Positions 60,233 through 64,000 of a DNA stretch of 64,000 nt are shown piece after piece (positions within the stretch are counted from its first letter, which is position 1; each line of letters opens with the position of its first letter). Below the pieces are notes generated by a model, which ran no database searches, was not told where the DNA came from, and saw only the letters and a program-made list of their open reading frames with translations. This stretch comes from an uncultured Flavobacteriales bacterium. GTDB lineage: Bacteria > Bacteroidota > Bacteroidia > Flavobacteriales > CAJXXR01. Both the position numbers and the translations under genes were made by a program. Location of the stretch: the NCBI GenBank assembly GCA_913063375.1, contig CAJXXR010000002.1, positions 44,448 to 108,447 on the forward strand, in the 5' to 3' direction.

Positions 60233-60289
60233 ATCGTCTTATTATTTAAATAAATTAAGTAGCCTAAATTAATAAAAAAAATCAAAATG

Positions 60290-60324
60290 AAGAGACCTAC
60301 CACTGTTTTTAGATAGGTCTCTTT
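60290..60324 (-). terminator. Hairpin ending the metal(loid) operon
   Basis: aagagaccta...taggtctctt inverted repeat right after the HMA gene stop. Confidence 0.55.
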
Positions 60325-60326
60325 TA

Positions 60327-60656
60327 TTATTTTTCAGTCTCAATAATGCTATATCCAGATCTGTTGATAGCAAATTTGATATCCGCTTCAGTACATTTAT
60401 CTGTATCGAACCATACTGTGATAGCCTGTTTTTCAATGTTTGATTCTGACTTTATATAACCTTCAACTTCCTTTAAATTGTACTCTACCATTTTGGTGCA
60501 GCAATTCTGGGTGTATTTTTTTAAGGTATAGCTCACTTTATGAACCTCCTTTTGAATATTTGTAGTTATATAATTATTTGCCGCATTGCTGTTATCTGTA
60601 CAAGATAGGATTGTGATAAAAGTTAGGCAGGTAAATAAGAGTTTTGAAATTCGCAT
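60327..60656 (-). CDS. Heavy-metal-associated (MerP/CopZ-like) lipoprotein
   Basis: Lipobox ILSC; HMA-like pattern ..NCC...VE..L..VEG....V.FD......I..AI...GY. Confidence 0.65.
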   Translation of the reverse strand: MRISKLLFTCLTFITILSCTDNSNAANNYITTNIQKEVHKVSYTLKKYTQNCCTKMVEYNLKEVEGYIKSESNIEKQAITVWFDTDKCTEADIKFAINRSGYSIIETEK

Positions 60657-60667
60657 AATAAAATGGT

Positions 60668-61012
60668 TTAACGTGTTAGATACGGTAGTAAGAGGGTGGT
60701 AAGGGTCAATACCACAACACTCCAAAGGAATTTTTTCGACTTGAAAATAGCGTCCATTTTTGTTTGTTTTTTATCGACTGTGATATCGCAGCAATTTTTT
60801 GTTGACTTTTTAGGGAAATATGCTCTGTATAGACTAAATCCAACCAAGATAAGGCTGGTAATTATCAAGTAGTTTTTTACACTAGAAAGCCAATTCAAAT
60901 AGGATGCACTTAAGCCAAGTAATCCCGCTAATGAAAGCAAGGGGCCTAGGCAACAGGTACTAGCGGAAAGTGCTACAAACAGTGCGCTGAAAGATGTTAA
61001 GATTGATTTCAT
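60668..61012 (-). CDS. MerT-like mercuric transport membrane protein
   Basis: ASTCCLGPLL in TM1, three TM helices, loop NCC. Confidence 0.8.
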   Translation of the reverse strand: MKSILTSFSALFVALSASTCCLGPLLSLAGLLGLSASYLNWLSSVKNYLIITSLILVGFSLYRAYFPKKSTKNCCDITVDKKQTKMDAIFKSKKFLWSVVVLTLTTLLLPYLTR

Positions 61013-61019
61013 GGGTTGG

Positions 61020-61994
61020 TTAAAATAAAAGGTTAAATAAAAACCCAGAGAGAATCATTCCAGTGGCAATGGTTGAAAAGAAAGCGATAATAAGTTGCTT
61101 CTTCATGACCTTTTTAAGTAACATGGCTTCTGGAAAGGAAAGACCTATGGATCCCATCATAAAAGCGATAGCTGTACCAAGAGGAACACCTTTGTCTACC
61201 AATGAGTCTAGGATGGGAAGAATACTTACAGCATCTATATAGAGTGGAATAGATACAATTACCGCAATGGGTACAGCAAAGGGATTTGAACTCGAAATAT
61301 AGGTTTCGAAAAATGATTGTGGAACATATCCATGAATAAAAGAACCGATACCCAGTCCAATAAATACATAGGGAATCAATTTGAACAATGTTTGAAGTGC
61401 ATTTTTATGAATTTCAGGAAGTCTATCAGTCAATTTCCTAGAATCATTAGGAGCGTTCACGTGCTGTTCTTCCAAGTTTAGCACCCAGTCAGCAAGGTAT
61501 TTCGACATGTTCATCTTGTCAAGAAGTAGACCGCCCAAAACACCTAACAAAACGCCTGATGCGATATATATGAGGGTTATCTTCCAACCAAAACTCACTA
61601 TAAATATGGCGATTGCAATCTCGTTTATGAGCGGAGAGCTTATGAGAAAGGAAAGGGCAATACCAAGCGGTATTCTTGATTGGATCATTCCAACAAAAAG
61701 AGGAATGGATGAACAGGAACAAAAAGGTGTGATGGCTCCTAAAGTTGCAGCAAGAAAATTTCCAAACCCTGACTTTTTGTTTCGATTAAGAAAATGCCTA
61801 ATCTTATTCATGTTGAGGTAATTGGTGACAATTCCCATGAGATAGGTAATCAATACGATAAGTATCAATATTTCAGAAAATCCAATAATGAAATAATGAA
61901 GAACTTCGGTTATTTGATCACCTTTTGTGAATCCTAATAGGTCATAGACTAGTAAGTCTGCTAACCATGTTAGTAGATTGGATAAGTGTTTCAT
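61020..61994 (-). CDS. ArsP/DUF318 permease
   Basis: TPFCSCSSIP, FLISSPLINE, GVPLGTAIAFMM..GLSFPE. Confidence 0.9.
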   Translation of the reverse strand: MKHLSNLLTWLADLLVYDLLGFTKGDQITEVLHYFIIGFSEILILIVLITYLMGIVTNYLNMNKIRHFLNRNKKSGFGNFLAATLGAITPFCSCSSIPLFVGMIQSRIPLGIALSFLISSPLINEIAIAIFIVSFGWKITLIYIASGVLLGVLGGLLLDKMNMSKYLADWVLNLEEQHVNAPNDSRKLTDRLPEIHKNALQTLFKLIPYVFIGLGIGSFIHGYVPQSFFETYISSSNPFAVPIAVIVSIPLYIDAVSILPILDSLVDKGVPLGTAIAFMMGSIGLSFPEAMLLKKVMKKQLIIAFFSTIATGMILSGFLFNLLF

Positions 61995-62005
61995 AATGCT
62001 GAGGA

Positions 62006-62242
62006 CTAAAGGATGGAAAGTAATTTTTCGGTCGTTTGATATTGCTTAAAGTCATAGACTTTATTATTGACAACAAGGGAAGGAAATACCATGGTCCCAT
62101 ACATCATGGTGTCACTCATCTCAGAAAATTCCTCTATTTGAATTTCTAAGTTGTTTTCGTTGGCAATTTGTTCAATAAACGCTTTGATTGGAGAGCCTTT
62201 TGCGCAGCAAGAGGCATGAAGAATTTTGATTTCTGTAGGCAT
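62006..62242 (-). CDS. Small thioredoxin-fold protein (redox-active disulfide protein 2-like)
   Basis: EIKILHASCC, YGTMVFPSLVVN; directly upstream of the ArsP permease. Confidence 0.75.
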   Translation of the reverse strand: MPTEIKILHASCCAKGSPIKAFIEQIANENNLEIQIEEFSEMSDTMMYGTMVFPSLVVNNKVYDFKQYQTTEKLLSIL

Positions 62243-62339
62243 AATAAATAGTTTGTAGTTAAACCTTTATTATGTAGTATCAACTAGTTCTAGAAAAGAC
62301 ACATTTTACAGAAATAAAATGAAATAAATGAAAAATGGT

Positions 62340-62918
62340 TTAATGTTCTCTTAAGTACTGTAGTGATTTGCAACTAGGTTTTACAGTGCATCCAATGAAA
62401 TTTCCATTTCTATCATAGTCGATTTCACAACATTCAATAAAAAGTTCCCGAAGCTTGGCTCTACCTCTTTGAATTCTCATTTTGGTTGCGGATAAGCTTA
62501 AATTCAATTGTTTTGCTATTTCCTTTTGTGGGATTTTCTCTAGATCACTTAATTCAAGTGCAGTGGCATATTTTTCTGGAAGAATGGTAATCATTGGACA
62601 AATGACATCCTTCGAGATGGTCTGTGAGAGTTGAAGTTCAAACTGCTCATTTTCTACGAATTCTATGAGAGCCGTCTCTTCTTTTTTGTTTTTTTTATAA
62701 TAGTCATAGAGCGTATTCCTAGTTACTTGAAATAACCAAGCCTTCATATTTCCAATTTTTGTGGATTTATTGTGGGCTTCCACAAGGCGCATCATGACCT
62801 CTTGTACTAGATCTTCAGCAGTTTCCTTGTCGCTTACTTTTCCTGTAATGAATGCCTTCAAGAAATTGTAAAATTCTTGAACGGTATCATTGATGTCGCA
62901 GCATTTTTCTTTGGGCAT
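62340..62918 (-). CDS. ECF sigma factor, SigZ-like
   Basis: AEDLVQEV, KAWLFQVTRN..YDYY, QKEIA..LSATKMRIQRGR.KL, C-terminal ECC; TATATTTG element at 62944-62937. Confidence 0.88.
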   Translation of the reverse strand: MPKEKCCDINDTVQEFYNFLKAFITGKVSDKETAEDLVQEVMMRLVEAHNKSTKIGNMKAWLFQVTRNTLYDYYKKNKKEETALIEFVENEQFELQLSQTISKDVICPMITILPEKYATALELSDLEKIPQKEIAKQLNLSLSATKMRIQRGRAKLRELFIECCEIDYDRNGNFIGCTVKPSCKSLQYLREH

Positions 62919-62963
62919 AATTCTGTGCGCTTTATACAAATATACAACGCTTAATGATGCGTG

Positions 62964-63785
62964 TCAATTAAGTGTGATTTCTTCTATTTTATCTAAGGAA
63001 ATTTGCATTGTAGAACCATCTAAATTCTGATAGTTCATTTGAACAAACCCATACTTTTCATTGAAGTAAAAAGTTGCGTTTGTAGTCCCTAGTTTATTCG
63101 ATGATATGGCATTTATTAATGTGCATTCAAGTTTTCCTAGGCTGGTTTCCAAGGTAGTGAAATCACTAATGGTATAGGTTATTTTGTTGTCTATTGGTCC
63201 TTCCCAACTGACCAACCTTTCGTCGGACCAGCCATCACCAATGTCCAATTGCCATGACCAGCTTTTTCCTTTTTCTATAGGAAACTCAATGAATGGAAAA
63301 GGTGCCAATTGTAATATTTTAAATACACCCTCCCTAGTAGGGTGCATCCATAGGTTACGTTTGTTTTCTACCAGCCCGGTCATATTTCCTCCTTCTTTGT
63401 CAGGGAAATTAAATAGAATTGCTGTCTGGCTATAATTCGGAACATATTTAGCCATGGGATTCCCCTTTAGAATTGTCATCTCATAGGATTGCGCTATGTC
63501 GAGGGTGTCTGATTCAGGGACCAATTGCCAACCTTTTCTATAAGAATTGGCGTAAAGCTGCTGACCGTCTCTGTGGAAGGTAAATCCAAAGGTGAATTTC
63601 TTGTCTGGCCTATAGATGGTATTATCTCTATTGTATTTTTCAGGATCACTGATAGAGTCATTAAGTTTTTCTACTTGAATTCCATCCATATCAAAGTAAA
63701 CAGTGCTGTCTACAATTTCATTTTGACAAGACAAGAAGGATAGGGAGCTTAAAAGTATAGCTATACCAATTAGTTTTTTATTCAT
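62964..63785 (-). CDS. Hypothetical lipoprotein
   Basis: MNKKLIG.. lipobox FLSC; beta-rich. Confidence 0.7.
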   Translation of the reverse strand: MNKKLIGIAILLSSLSFLSCQNEIVDSTVYFDMDGIQVEKLNDSISDPEKYNRDNTIYRPDKKFTFGFTFHRDGQQLYANSYRKGWQLVPESDTLDIAQSYEMTILKGNPMAKYVPNYSQTAILFNFPDKEGGNMTGLVENKRNLWMHPTREGVFKILQLAPFPFIEFPIEKGKSWSWQLDIGDGWSDERLVSWEGPIDNKITYTISDFTTLETSLGKLECTLINAISSNKLGTTNATFYFNEKYGFVQMNYQNLDGSTMQISLDKIEEITLN

Positions 63786-63828
63786 GAAATATTTAAATAT
63801 TGTCCTATTAATTTTCTTCAAATCATTT

Positions 63829-63999
63829 TTAACTATTTGGCAAGGCATCAAATTCCTTTCGCTTATCATTGAACCAATTGGTCATAGCTTCAGGAGATTG
63901 CATTAGGGCCTGCATTTCATTCATTGCCTTAAGATGTGGGGCATCTTTTTGTTGGAACATCTCCATCCCGTGTTGCTTGCTCAATTCGGCTATTTCTTC
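63829..63999 (-). CDS. DUF1059-like small protein (5' partial, absent from the ORF track)
   Basis: Reads EEIAELSKQHGMEMFQQKDAPHLKAMNEMQALMQSPEAMTNWFNDKRKEFDALPNS*; family name from recall. Confidence 0.7.
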   Translation of the reverse strand, partial: EEIAELSKQHGMEMFQQKDAPHLKAMNEMQALMQSPEAMTNWFNDKRKEFDALPNS

Positions 64000-64000
64000 A

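Noticed and set aside
60327-62242. Selenocysteine recoding in the Cys-rich small proteins
   Set aside because: All ORFs are intact with ordinary Cys codons and end in TAA or TAG; no in-frame TGA.
54486-64000. Prophage or integrative element explaining the accessory-looking stretch
   Set aside because: No integrase, transposase, att repeats, tRNA anchor or phage genes in the window.

Overview
AT-rich Bacteroidota chromosome segment, probably Flavobacteriales-like. The assignment rests on T9SS cargo proteins, TAnnTTTG -7 promoter elements and the gene content. Most of the window is core genome: rimP-nusA-infB, hmgA-hppD, trhO, a divergent Na/Pi cotransporter and phosphate porin, GGGP synthase, ahcY, greA, ruvC, S41 protease, trpS, a TetR-TolC-MFP-RND efflux operon, purD, aspartokinase, mgtE and threonine aldolase. 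An accessory-looking stretch starts at about 54.5 kb. No rRNA, tRNA, CRISPR array, integrase or transposase was seen. The strongest candidate for an uncharacterised system is a tight three-gene operon at 19239-28129: a TonB-dependent receptor, a 1359-aa T9SS-type cargo with Ca-binding-like loops, and a PorV-like barrel, with no SusD. Other leads are a SigZ-associated, Cys-Cys-rich metal(loid) operon lacking ArsR/MerR/MerA, a lone ATP-cone/Mrr-type nuclease, 11-bp-periodic Pho-box-like repeats, a membrane-anchored CHAT protease and a TIMP-like protein. All family calls come from motif recognition by eye, not from database searches.
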